In this document: one piece after another, positions 21,442-31,241 of the stretch
How positions within the stretch are numbered: position 1 is the first letter of the stretch
Layout of the letters: each line of letters opens with the position of its first letter
Assembly (NCBI GenBank): GCA_918797485.1
Contig: CAKKNE010000006.1
Coordinates: forward strand, 2,728,001-2,792,000
Direction: 5' to 3'
DNA from: Pelagomonas calceolata
Lineage: Eukaryota
DNA: 64,000 bases
Translations under genes and position numbers: made by a program
Notes under the pieces: model-generated
What the model was told of the DNA's origin: nothing
Databases searched by the model: none
The model's input: only the letters and a program-made list of their open reading frames with translations

Positions 21442-22635
21442 CTATTTCTCATCAAATCCCTCTTCTCCCTGCGTTTGGTAGATCATCAAAGTCGTGACCG
21501 CAAGCAAAAAGAGCCAAAACACGACGAATCCGGCCACAGCCTCGCAGACGGCTCCGCAAGCTCCCGTTAGTCCGTTCGCTCTCGCACGTTGCACGAACAC
21601 GGCAACAACAAAAGGCAAGGGGGCAGCGACATACACAATATTCCCCCGCATTAGTCTGTAGCCACGGACGCCGCTGAAAACCACGCAAGGGATAAGGACC
21701 ACACAAACGATTTTGACGGCGTCCATGGTTCTCAGCTCGTCATTCGTCACGTGCCTCGCCCCGGCATTTTCCTCCGCCTCCATACGCACACGCTCGCTAA
21801 GACCGTGCAGGAAGGCTAAGTTATCGACTTCCAATAGAAACAAGACAGCAACGGTGTTGAGACACACGTCCCGTACTCGGCCGCCGTCAGCCAAAACAAG
21901 CTCCATGACAGACAAGACTACACATGGGAGAAACACGAAGTTTCTGCAAAAATTCAGGCCACCAATGGCGAAGCGCCAGCCTCGGGGGACTTGTGATATG
22001 TCGCGCAGAGCGCAGTGACACAGCACGGCATCGCGCATCTCTGCAAACACGGCGAACGCGACCACCAGCGAAGCCAGAAACAGCGCGAGCCAGTCTTGAA
22101 GCCTCATGGAGTCGACCCGGTCCCTCTGAATGTCCGGATACGTCTCGAAGCCTTTGCTGGTCATGCAAGCGGAACACAATCCTTCTCTCTCCTTTTCGTC
22201 CAGCTTGCGTGTTCTCCCTTCACGAGTCGCGCAGGTGTCCGTCGCGTTGGGTAGACAACAGGACTTGTATCTTTCTTCGCACCAGTCACACATCCCTTCC
22301 GCGCAATACAATCCACGGCCGCATTCCGAAATTTCGCTACACGAACTCATACTAACCCCGATGCTAAAGCCGGCGCCGACGAAGCACTGCAGAAATACAA
22401 TGACGATGGACGCGGCCAGGAGCCCGTACCTGCGCCACGCGGGCGTGTTCGGTCGGACCAGCCCATTATAGATAGTGGCCTGGTGAAAGCTCGTCGGCTC
22501 GCGGGTGGCGAGTTGATGCAGCGTCGGCGCGCTGGCTGTCGTCTCGAGCGTTCGAATCCTTGTCTCATGGTCGAGCAGCGGTGTCTCTGCTGCCTTTGTG
22601 CCCTCGGCTGCCGGGCTCACCTTGTGCTCAGCCAT
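21442..22635 (-). CDS. Cys-loop ~7-TM family protein, paralog 4
   Basis: MAEHKVSP; same motifs. Confidence 0.85.
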   Translation of the reverse strand: MAEHKVSPAAEGTKAAETPLLDHETRIRTLETTASAPTLHQLATREPTSFHQATIYNGLVRPNTPAWRRYGLLAASIVIVFLQCFVGAGFSIGVSMSSCSEISECGRGLYCAEGMCDWCEERYKSCCLPNATDTCATREGRTRKLDEKEREGLCSACMTSKGFETYPDIQRDRVDSMRLQDWLALFLASLVVAFAVFAEMRDAVLCHCALRDISQVPRGWRFAIGGLNFCRNFVFLPCVVLSVMELVLADGGRVRDVCLNTVAVLFLLEVDNLAFLHGLSERVRMEAEENAGARHVTNDELRTMDAVKIVCVVLIPCVVFSGVRGYRLMRGNIVYVAAPLPFVVAVFVQRARANGLTGACGAVCEAVAGFVVFWLFLLAVTTLMIYQTQGEEGFDEK

Positions 22636-22921
22636 GCGCAGCTGAGAGATGGCGGCAGTGCTTTTCGCTCAGAGGCTCGAGCGCCAGCCAACGAGTTGTC
22701 GCCGGTCAATCTCGCTGCACGTCGGTCTACAGATATCAAATTGGGCAGCACTTGTGGCTTCTGCGCCTCACGCACAGCGCATTCTTTTGCAAGAGCTCGT
22801 CCGGGTTTTACGCGGCGCTAGAGCAGCGTTAGCGGAGCCTTCGCAGGGCGTACGTAGCCGCTAAGTAATTTCAAACAAACTAATTACTAGGCGAACCGGG
22901 AAGACGACCGGACGCGGCCCC

Positions 22922-24160
22922 CTATCTAACATACTTTGCTCCCTCTCCCGTCGCTTGAAGATATATCATCTGGTAGAACAATGCACCCCAGCCAACCATG
23001 GCGACGAACCCGACGATTGCCCAGCCAAGCCCGGCGCACACTCCCCTTCGTCCGTTCGCCTTCACTCGCTGTACGAACACCACTAACATGGACGGCAGAG
23101 GGGCGAGCATGTAACATACATTATCTGTTTCTCCGTCGGCCAAGTTTCTCGCGTAAGCACCACAGACGCCTCCGACAATCGCACAAGGGATCGTAAGGAC
23201 GCACACGAGCTTGACGGCATCCATGCTCTCCAGGTCGAGCTCCGTCACTTGTTCGTGCGCCCCTGCGTGCTCTTCCGCCTCCATGCGGGTGCGCTCGCCG
23301 AGCCCGTGCAGAAAAGCGAGGTTGTCAACTTCCAATAGAAACAACACTGCCACAGTGTTCAAACAAATATCTCTAACCCGCCCGCCGTTATCGTGTACAA
23401 GCGACATGACTGAAAAAAGTATCTTTGGAAATAGTATGAAGTAACGAGCAAAGTTCAGGCCGTGGATAGCAAACCGCCAGCCGCGGCTGACTTCTCGTCG
23501 CTTTGATATCTCTCGCAAGGCAATTTCCATCAGCATGCCATCCCGAATCTCCGCGAACACGCCGAACGCGACGACCAGTGAAGCCAAGAAGAGCGCAAAC
23601 CAATCCTGAATGAACATTGCGTGGACTCCTTCCCTTATAACGTCATGGTTAGTCTCGAATCCTTTGTCCGAAACGCACGTGTTACACATGCCTTCTCTGT
23701 CCTTCTCACCCATCTCGCGGCGATTATGTCCCTCTTTTTTATCGATCGAGCAGGTTGCTGTCGCATTGGGAAGGCAGCAGGACTTATGCCACTCTGAGCA
23801 CCCACTACAAATCCCCTCGTCGCAGAAATTTCCACGGGTGCATTCCGAGTGTTCGCTGCACGTGCTCGTGCCAACCCCGAAGCTTAATCCAGTGGCGACG
23901 AAGCACTGCAGAAATACAATCCCAATCGACGCTGCCAACAGTCCGTACTTGCGCCACGCCGGCGTGTTCGGTCGTACCAGTCCGTAGTAAATGGTTGATT
24001 GGTGGAAGCTCGTCGGCTCGCGCATCGCGAGATGGTGCAGCGTTGGCGCATCGGGTGTCGTTTCGATCGCTTTCACGCGTTCCGCTAACGTCGCCAGGTC
24101 CAGCAGCGGCGCCTCTGCTCCCGCGAGGTCTATTGACGGGCTCACCTTTTGGGCAGCCAT
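22922..24160 (-). CDS. Cys-loop ~7-TM family protein, paralog 5
   Basis: MAAQKVSP; same motifs. Confidence 0.85.
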   Translation of the reverse strand: MAAQKVSPSIDLAGAEAPLLDLATLAERVKAIETTPDAPTLHHLAMREPTSFHQSTIYYGLVRPNTPAWRKYGLLAASIGIVFLQCFVATGLSFGVGTSTCSEHSECTRGNFCDEGICSGCSEWHKSCCLPNATATCSIDKKEGHNRREMGEKDREGMCNTCVSDKGFETNHDVIREGVHAMFIQDWFALFLASLVVAFGVFAEIRDGMLMEIALREISKRREVSRGWRFAIHGLNFARYFILFPKILFSVMSLVHDNGGRVRDICLNTVAVLFLLEVDNLAFLHGLGERTRMEAEEHAGAHEQVTELDLESMDAVKLVCVLTIPCAIVGGVCGAYARNLADGETDNVCYMLAPLPSMLVVFVQRVKANGRRGVCAGLGWAIVGFVAMVGWGALFYQMIYLQATGEGAKYVR

Positions 24161-24518
24161 CCTGGTGGTGCGCAGCAGACGTGCAACAATGCCTTACAGA
24201 TCAATAAGGCAGCGTTAGATCAATAAACGCAAGCAAGGAAACAATGTATTTCAGATCAATCGGCAGCGTTTATTAGCCGGCACGGCCGCGCGGATCCGGC
24301 AATCCGCCGCCGGTAAGGTATCGATAAAGTACCTTATACCTCGGTGGTGGGGGTCGGAGGCTTGAGAGGCAGCGCTTATGTGAAGTGCTCTCCGCCGACC
24401 GCGCGAGCAACACACGCACTCCGGACGTTTGTCGCGAGCGGTTTTATTGCCAGTGAGCCCACCGCGAAATTTGCAAGCGCTCGGTTCACTAGCACAGCTC
24501 GAGCACTGCAGCCGCAAC

Positions 24519-25622
24519 ATGGAGCCCTCCCCCGACGTCGACGCCGCGGTCCGCCAGGCAACAACAGCCCTCGACGCCGTCGACGACGCGCGGGCCCAGG
24601 CCTGGGCCGCCGTCCAGGCCGCGGCGACCGCCGCCGGCTGCGCGCCCGGCGACTTGTTTGGACACAAAGTGAATATTGATGTTTTACAGAGCGGCCCGCC
24701 CACCGCCGCATTACCGGTGCTCGTCAAGGCGGCGACGGCCTGGAAGCGGCATTTAGAAGGAGGTTATACGTGGAGAAGACGAGATCGCACCAAAAGACGA
24801 AAAGGCGCGGCCTCAAACCTCGTATCGATTGTAGACGACGGCCTGGGGCCTTCCGCCTTCGCCCACCTCATTCTGGGTTCAGGATTCTGCGCGCCGTCGG
24901 ACCTGGGAAGATTGTCCCGCGTCGCCGCGTGTTTTGGGAGTAGACGACCCCATGAGATAGCAGGTCAAAGGCCCTGGCTCTCGTTATCGGAAGCGTCCTG
25001 CCGCGTCCTCGCCCAGAACCATTTGCGGCGCATGCTGAAGCCTGCGGTTGCGGTACTACCCATCGGTAGGGCGTGCGGCAAAGCCTTTGGTAGTCGTAGA
25101 TTGGAAGACGCCGTCAAAGCAAGGAACGGGCCCCTCAACCGGTGGAGAGCACAGTTAAAAGTAGGCGATCGGTTGGATGTCATGGACAACGACGCGCGAC
25201 GGGCGAAACGAGGCGATTTAGGGAGGTGGTGCGAGGCGGTGCTCGTGGGGTGCACGGAAAAAAATGATAGAAAATGGTGGACGGTGCACTTCCGGGGCTG
25301 GGATACGAGGTTCGACGAGGAGATCGACGCGGACCACGCTGAAAGATTTTTACCACCTTATTCGAGCGTCGAGGACTGGCGGAATGGGTTGGAGGAAGGC
25401 GACGAGATAGAGGTGAGACGGCCGGGCGACCACGGCGACGCGCGGACCTACTGGTTCCAGGGGCGCGTCGTGTCCGTCGCCAAGGACGAGATCTTCGTGA
25501 GGATGCAGGTCCTCGACCCGTCGGTCCAGCAGCTCGAGCCGTGGCCCGTACAACGCGACTCCGAGCGCATCGCGGCGAAGCACGAGCACATCAAGCGGGA
25601 GGTCTGGCTGACGCTCAACTAA
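24519..25622 (+). CDS. Protein with tandem Agenet/Tudor/MBT-like domains
   Basis: WRAQLKVGDRLDV..WCEA..VHFRGWDTRFDEEI and WRNGLEEGDEIEV..WFQGRVV. Confidence 0.65.
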   Translation: MEPSPDVDAAVRQATTALDAVDDARAQAWAAVQAAATAAGCAPGDLFGHKVNIDVLQSGPPTAALPVLVKAATAWKRHLEGGYTWRRRDRTKRRKGAASNLVSIVDDGLGPSAFAHLILGSGFCAPSDLGRLSRVAACFGSRRPHEIAGQRPWLSLSEASCRVLAQNHLRRMLKPAVAVLPIGRACGKAFGSRRLEDAVKARNGPLNRWRAQLKVGDRLDVMDNDARRAKRGDLGRWCEAVLVGCTEKNDRKWWTVHFRGWDTRFDEEIDADHAERFLPPYSSVEDWRNGLEEGDEIEVRRPGDHGDARTYWFQGRVVSVAKDEIFVRMQVLDPSVQQLEPWPVQRDSERIAAKHEHIKREVWLTLN

Positions 25623-28501
25623 GTAGTACCCTTACTCACGTTCGTCGGTACCGGACTCAAAGCCTGGAGCCGCTCCCGCGCGCTCCGTAACCTAGCGATC
25701 TCCGCGTCCTTGGCCGCGAATTCCCGGGCCACCTTCGTCATCTTCTTCTCGAGCTTCGCCGTGAACCTGTCGAGCTCGGCGTCGTGCGACGCTTGTTGTT
25801 CTGCTAAGCGTGCATCTAACTCTTCTTCAAACAACGCCAATTGCTTCGCCGACGTCTCGCTCCGCTGGTCGTCCAGCGCGACCTCGCGCGCCGCGGCGAC
25901 CTCGGCGACGGCGGCCGCTTTTTGTTTCATGGCATCCAACTCAGCTTCGAGCGCCGCGACGCGTTCCAGGGACGCGTCTCTAGCTTGGTTTGTAGAAGCG
26001 AGGTCCGCTTCCAATGATGAAACGCGTTCTGATGCGGCGGCCTGCTTCCGGAGGTCCGCTTCCAATGAAGCGACGCGCTCCGCAGCGGCGGCCTGCTTCT
26101 GGAGCGCGGTCTCCAATGCATTCGTGTGGTCGTCGCGCTGCCTTTGTAAAGACGCGTCGTGGTCGGCGCGCTGCTGGTCCAACGCCCGGTTCAGCGCCGC
26201 CGCGTGGTCGTCGCGCTGTTGCTTCGACGCCGCGGCGTGCCGCTCGGCGGCCGCCGCGGATGCCGCCGTCGCCGCCGCGAGGTCCGCGCGCAGCGACCCG
26301 ATCATGACGAAATGGGCTTTTTCCGTCTCCGCCAGAACCGTCGTATGCTCCGCCCGCGCCGTATCGAGGGCGGTAGCGTGCTCCCGCCGCAACGACTCAA
26401 CCGTAGACGCGTGCTGCTTGCCCGCCGCCTCCAGGAGCATCGCGTGCTCCTTCCTCAATTTACCGATATCATCCTTCGAGGCTTTTTTGGATGCCTTGTC
26501 GAGGTCGGCCTTGAGCCCCTTCTGGATCTTCACGTTGGCCTCGAGGGCCTTGGCGTGGCTCTTGTCCTTCGCGTCCAAGGCCTTGGAGTGCTCCCTCGCC
26601 TTCGCTTCGATAGATTTGGCATGGGCCTCCCGGAGAGCTTTGGCGGCGCTCTCGTGCTTCTGTAGAGCTTTTTCTAGGGCTTTGGCGTGGTCGTTCTTCA
26701 GCTTCTGCTGGGCGGAGGCGTGCTTTTCCGAGGCTGTGGAAACTTCGTGCTTCGTCGCGTCGAGGGCCGCTTGGAGCTTCGCGCAGGCGTCCCGGTGCGA
26801 CGCGTCTCGGAGTTCTAGCGAAGCCTTCTCACTCAAAGCGGCGGCTAATTCCGCTTTAACAGAGGCATAAGCTTTGGCAGCTTCGACAGACTCCTGCGTC
26901 TGCGCCGATTCGAGTGCAGAGGCGTGCTCCTGTTTTGCGGAAGCGAGCGCCGTCTCCGCGGCGGCGACGGCCGTAGCCTTGTCGGCGAGATCCGCCTTCA
27001 GAGAAGCTATAACAGAAGCGTGCTCCTTCTCGAGCGACGATAGGGCGAGGGCGCGCTCCTTCCGCGCGGCCAACAACGCAGCGGCGTGCTCCTCGCGCGC
27101 CGCGGCGAGAGCATCTGTTAATGCAGAGTGCTCCTTCGCGAACCGTTGTACACCCTCCCTCACCTGGTTCTCCAGACCTTCGGTGGCGGCCTTCGTCTTC
27201 ATCTGGTCCTGCTTGAGAGCTTCGATCTTCGCCCCATATTCGCGGGAGATAGCATCTATAGCGTTGCCGTGGGACCGGTTGGCCTTGGCGAACTCGACGG
27301 CGTGGTCCTGCTGCAGGGCGTTGATCTCCTCATTGTGCTTCGCGCGCTCGTCGTGCAGCGCCGCCGCGACGGCCTTTGAAATACCCTCGGACCCGGCGTT
27401 GGAAGCTGCCAAAGCGGCGTCGCGCTCGGCGCCGAGCTTCTCGGTCGCCGCTCGTAGGGCAGCGGCGTGCTGGGCGTCGCGCTCCCGCAGCGCCGCGGCC
27501 GCGTCGTCTTTCGCTTGCCTCAGCTCGGCCTCGACCTCGCTCCGCACTTGCGCCCGCGCGTCGCGCGCGGCCCGTTTTTCATCACCGCCGCGTTGCAACG
27601 CGTTCTTCTGGCGCAGCGAATGCAGCTCCTGCTCGTGCTCGGCCTCCGCATCTCGCAGTCGCTTCGCCCAGGCCGCCTCGGCCGTCGTCGACGCGGTCGC
27701 TATCGCATTATCCAATTCCTTCTTCCTAGATTCGAGCTTCCGCTCCAGACCTTGCTCCGCTATTCTCACGGTCTCCTTCGCCCTTAGCCGCTCCTGCTCC
27801 GCCAAAGACGCGTACTCCCTATCCTTATCGAGGCGCGCCTTCTGGACGGCCTTCCTTAGAGTAACAGCAGCTTCATCAATCTCCTTCCCGCGTCTCAACA
27901 ATTCGCGCGAGTGCGCCGCCTTCAGCTCGACGAGCTGCGCGTGGTGCTCCGTATCCTTCCGCTTCAGCCGGCCGACGGCGTCCACCAGTTCGTCGTTACG
28001 CTCGCGCAGCGCCTCCTCGACGGCTCGTGCCGCGTCGGCTTGGAGTTGCGTCCTTTCGGCCGCGAGTTGGGCCTCGTGTTCTCGAGATGCCGCTTCGAGG
28101 GCCTTCTCGTAGCCTCTCTCAACAGCCTTCAAGCGCTCGGCGGCGCCCAATTCCGAAGAAGCCTTTTCTTCCAATAAAGCTGCGGTCGCGCGCGCGACCT
28201 CGGCGTCGCGCGCCGCGGCCAATTCTTTGCGCCTCTCCCTCAATTGGGCGGCCTCGTTCTCGAGCGACTCCCGTCGCCGCCCTAGAATGCGGAAGGGCGC
28301 CGCCGCGATGCGCGCCACGCCTAGTAATGGAGACGCGGCGAGGCGGCCGATGCCGGTGCAGGCGCTCGGCCGCAGGGGCGGGTCCGGTTCTTCATATTCC
28401 TCTTCTTCCGCGTCGCCCGGTACTAGACGCACGTCCGGCGGGGCCGCGTCGTCGCCGAGGGCGCCGCCAGGGGTCACCAAATGCGTCTCCGCGGCTGCCA
28501 T
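25619..28501 (-). CDS. Long Ala/Glu/Lys-rich coiled-coil protein
   Basis: 960-aa ORF with heptad-like repeats (EHA-rich). Confidence 0.75.
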   Translation of the reverse strand: MAAAETHLVTPGGALGDDAAPPDVRLVPGDAEEEEYEEPDPPLRPSACTGIGRLAASPLLGVARIAAAPFRILGRRRESLENEAAQLRERRKELAAARDAEVARATAALLEEKASSELGAAERLKAVERGYEKALEAASREHEAQLAAERTQLQADAARAVEEALRERNDELVDAVGRLKRKDTEHHAQLVELKAAHSRELLRRGKEIDEAAVTLRKAVQKARLDKDREYASLAEQERLRAKETVRIAEQGLERKLESRKKELDNAIATASTTAEAAWAKRLRDAEAEHEQELHSLRQKNALQRGGDEKRAARDARAQVRSEVEAELRQAKDDAAAALRERDAQHAAALRAATEKLGAERDAALAASNAGSEGISKAVAAALHDERAKHNEEINALQQDHAVEFAKANRSHGNAIDAISREYGAKIEALKQDQMKTKAATEGLENQVREGVQRFAKEHSALTDALAAAREEHAAALLAARKERALALSSLEKEHASVIASLKADLADKATAVAAAETALASAKQEHASALESAQTQESVEAAKAYASVKAELAAALSEKASLELRDASHRDACAKLQAALDATKHEVSTASEKHASAQQKLKNDHAKALEKALQKHESAAKALREAHAKSIEAKAREHSKALDAKDKSHAKALEANVKIQKGLKADLDKASKKASKDDIGKLRKEHAMLLEAAGKQHASTVESLRREHATALDTARAEHTTVLAETEKAHFVMIGSLRADLAAATAASAAAAERHAAASKQQRDDHAAALNRALDQQRADHDASLQRQRDDHTNALETALQKQAAAAERVASLEADLRKQAAASERVSSLEADLASTNQARDASLERVAALEAELDAMKQKAAAVAEVAAAREVALDDQRSETSAKQLALFEEELDARLAEQQASHDAELDRFTAKLEKKMTKVAREFAAKDAEIARLRSARERLQALSPVPTNVSKGTT

Positions 28502-28740
28502 GTTTCGTGTGCTCGGTGCGTGCGTTCCCGGCGCGAGTTTTTAATGCGCACGGGTCCACAGCGTAAAAAGGCGGCGCCACGCGCGCAGGATCGCAGCCGT
28601 AGCCCGTGCACGGCTGATTTACGGCTAGCCGTTGGCTGCGGCTCACATGCTAGTGTCTTACTGCCGCTAGCAAGCATTATTTTTACGGGTCTGCTTTTGG
28701 CATCGTAGGGCTGCCCCCGAGCGATTTGACCATACTAAAG

Positions 28741-29889
28741 ATGATCCTCACGCAGTGCGCCGTCTGCGCCACCGAGCTTGGGCTGACCTTGGGGAAGAAA
28801 TGCGGCCGCTGCAGTACACGCTACTGCGGACCCGAATGCCAGGTGCAGCACTGGAAAGAGGGCGGCCACGACCAGATCTGCAAGAAGATTAAAAAGGCTG
28901 GTGGCGCAGAGCAATACAACGCAGATAAGAAGTGCGCAGAGGCCGTCGCGGTCGCAGTCGAGGCGTGCGCGGAGGACACCAAGGGCCAGACGTGCTACAT
29001 CTGCACGCAGGCCCTCCACTGGAAGACGAAGGAGGGCCTCGTGCGCATGTGCGCGTGCCGCGGGACGGCGGGTTTCGCGCACGTGTCGTGCCTGGCGGAG
29101 CAGGCGAAGATTTTGTGTGACGAGGCCGAGGAGAGAAATTTGTTTGGTACTGAGAGAGGAAATTCGAGGTGGGATCGGTGGAACAAGTGCAGTCTGTGCG
29201 AGCAAAAATACCACGGCGTCGTGGTGTGCGCGCTCGGGTGGGCGTGCTGGAAGACGTACGTGGCCCGTAACGTGGGGAGGCCGCAGGCGGATATGATTCG
29301 GTGCTTGGCAATGGGCGTGCTCGGGATCGGTCTCTACAGTGTGGGGCACAGCGAGGACGCGTTGTCCGTGCAAGAGGCCCAATATCCTATGATGAAGCGC
29401 CTTGGCGCACCAGAACAAGAGCTACTCACCGTGCAATGCAATCTTGCGAGCACGTATTTAGCCCTCGGACGGGACGAAGATTGCCTGCGCGTGCGGCGAG
29501 ACGTCTACTCTGGGCGGTTGAAGCTCCTTGGAGACGAACATCTGGGTACCCTCTCAGCAGCTCACAACTACACGTCGGCCCTTCATCTTCTGAAGCGTTA
29601 CGAAGAAGCTAAGGCATTCACGCGCAAAGTAATCCCCGTGGCACGACGCGTTCTCGGAGAGAGTCATGAAATCACGCTAAAGATGCGCTGGTGTTACGCC
29701 GAGGTGCTCCATAAAGCCAACGGCGCCACACTAGACGATAACCGCGAGGCCGCGGCGACGCTCGAGGAGGTAGCAAGGACCGCGCGGCGCGTGCTCGGTG
29801 GCGCGCATCCGTTCGTAGGAATGATTGAGCGGGCTTTGCCATTTTCGCGAGCGCTCCTCCGCTCCAGCGAAACGTCGAGGGGTGCGTAA
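28741..29889 (+). CDS. MYND zinc finger - RINGv - TPR protein
   Basis: CGRCSTRYCGPECQVQHWKEGGHDQIC; CYIC..CACRGTAGFAHVSCL; kinesin-light-chain-like TPRs (RRVLGxxHP). Confidence 0.85.
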   Translation: MILTQCAVCATELGLTLGKKCGRCSTRYCGPECQVQHWKEGGHDQICKKIKKAGGAEQYNADKKCAEAVAVAVEACAEDTKGQTCYICTQALHWKTKEGLVRMCACRGTAGFAHVSCLAEQAKILCDEAEERNLFGTERGNSRWDRWNKCSLCEQKYHGVVVCALGWACWKTYVARNVGRPQADMIRCLAMGVLGIGLYSVGHSEDALSVQEAQYPMMKRLGAPEQELLTVQCNLASTYLALGRDEDCLRVRRDVYSGRLKLLGDEHLGTLSAAHNYTSALHLLKRYEEAKAFTRKVIPVARRVLGESHEITLKMRWCYAEVLHKANGATLDDNREAAATLEEVARTARRVLGGAHPFVGMIERALPFSRALLRSSETSRGA

Positions 29890-29918
29890 ATATAAACGAA
29901 GCAACTTACGCGAGGAAG

Positions 29919-31241
29919 TCACTTGTTGAACTGCGCGAAGTACGAGTCCAGCGGCGCGCGGACCTCGCCCCCGGCGCTCTCGCGGCGCTGCCGCCGCTCC
30001 TCCATCTGCTTGTCGAGCATGGCCTGCATGTACTCGTCGGGGGACATGTCCTCCATACCTTCCAAAGCGTAGGTGTTCGTCGTGCCGACCGGCATCCCGA
30101 ACTGGGCCTTGCGGTGCTCGTCGGCCGAGAGCCCGGCCTGCTCGAAGGCCTCGACGCCCTTGAGGGCCTCCTCGTCGGCGTCCTCCGTCATGTGCTCGTC
30201 GAGTTCGGGCCGCGGCGGCGGCGGCGGCGGCGGCGCGCCGCCCATTGTGGGGGCGGGCGGCGCGGGCGGCGCCTTGGGCGCGGGCGGCGGCGGCGGGGCC
30301 GCCGCTTTTGGTGGAGGGGGCGGCGGTGCTGCTGCTTTTGGCGGGGGCGGCGGCGGTGGTGCGGCAGCCTTGGGGGCGGGCGGCGGCGGCGGCGGCGCGG
30401 CCTCGGCGGCGGCGGCCTTCTTCGCCGCCGCGCGCTCGGCCGCGAGCTTGAGCGCCGCAGCGCGGTCGGCCGGCGCGCCGGCCGGGGGAGCCGCCGGGGG
30501 CGCCGGCGGCGCGGCGGCCGCGGGCGCGGGCGGCGGCGGCGCGGCGGCCGCAGGGGGCGCCGGGGGCGCGGGCGGCGCCGCGGGCGCGGGCGGCGCCGCG
30601 GGCGCGGGCGGCGCCGCGGGCGCGGGCGGCGCCGGGGCCGGCGCCGGCGCCGCGGGTGGCGACGGCGGCGCCGCGACGGAGCCCGAGATGTCGCCTCCCA
30701 GCGCCTCGATGATCGCGTTCGCGTCGGCCACGAAGGCGTCGAGCTGGCGGCCCTTGCGCAGCGGCCGGCCCGTCGGGCCGACGCGCTCGCCGAAGGCCCC
30801 CAGCAAGTTCTTCACGGCCTTGGCCGGCGCGGTCGACGTGATCTTGCCTCTTTTTGATGAGGGCGGCGCGGCAGCTCCAAAAGGCTTCGAGTTCTGGGCC
30901 CGCGGCGCCTCGAAGATGCGCGAGTCGTGGTCGTCATCCTCCTCGGGCGGCGGCGGTGGTGGTGGCACGCCGGCGGCGGCCGGCGGCGGCGGCGGGGGCA
31001 CGGCCGCAGCTGCCGGGGGTGGGGGCGGCACTCCGGCGGCCGCAGGTGGTGGGGGCGGCGGGACGCCGGCGGCCGGCGGAGGGGGCGGCGGCGGCGCGCC
31101 GCCCTTGGCTGCTGCGGCCGCCGCTTTCGCCGCGGCGTAGTTTTGCAGCGGCGGCACGCGACGGCTGTGGCGGAGCGCCGGGCTTGGCCTCAGCGCCGTC
31201 GCGGCCGGAGAGAGCGCGAGGGCTACGATGACCGAGCGCAT
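29919..31241 (-). CDS. Pro/Ala-rich low-complexity protein with signal/transit peptide
   Basis: MRSVIVALALSPAATALR; poly-Pro repeats; acidic/helical C-terminus EGMEDMSPDEYMQAML. Confidence 0.7.
   Translation of the reverse strand: MRSVIVALALSPAATALRPSPALRHSRRVPPLQNYAAAKAAAAAAKGGAPPPPPPPAAGVPPPPPPAAAGVPPPPPAAAAVPPPPPPAAAGVPPPPPPPEEDDDHDSRIFEAPRAQNSKPFGAAAPPSSKRGKITSTAPAKAVKNLLGAFGERVGPTGRPLRKGRQLDAFVADANAIIEALGGDISGSVAAPPSPPAAPAPAPAPPAPAAPPAPAAPPAPAAPPAPPAPPAAAAPPPPAPAAAAPPAPPAAPPAGAPADRAAALKLAAERAAAKKAAAAEAAPPPPPPAPKAAAPPPPPPPKAAAPPPPPPKAAAPPPPPAPKAPPAPPAPTMGGAPPPPPPPRPELDEHMTEDADEEALKGVEAFEQAGLSADEHRKAQFGMPVGTTNTYALEGMEDMSPDEYMQAMLDKQMEERRQRRESAGGEVRAPLDSYFAQFNK

Noticed and set aside
19764..21455. 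N-terminal extensions in the ORF track for paralogs 2 and 3 (also 6968, 15502, 24429, 46595, 62550)
   Set aside because: Mostly GTG/TTG starts or read-through of promoter regions; paralog alignment and targeting peptides support the downstream ATGs.
25710..28112. Long + strand ORFs 25710..26870 and 26874..28112
   Set aside because: Ser/Ala/Arg-rich antisense shadows of the coiled-coil gene, expected at high GC.
30073..31140. Gly/Ala-rich ORF resembling PE-PGRS or silk
   Set aside because: Reverse complement of the poly-Pro gene, which has a proper signal peptide.
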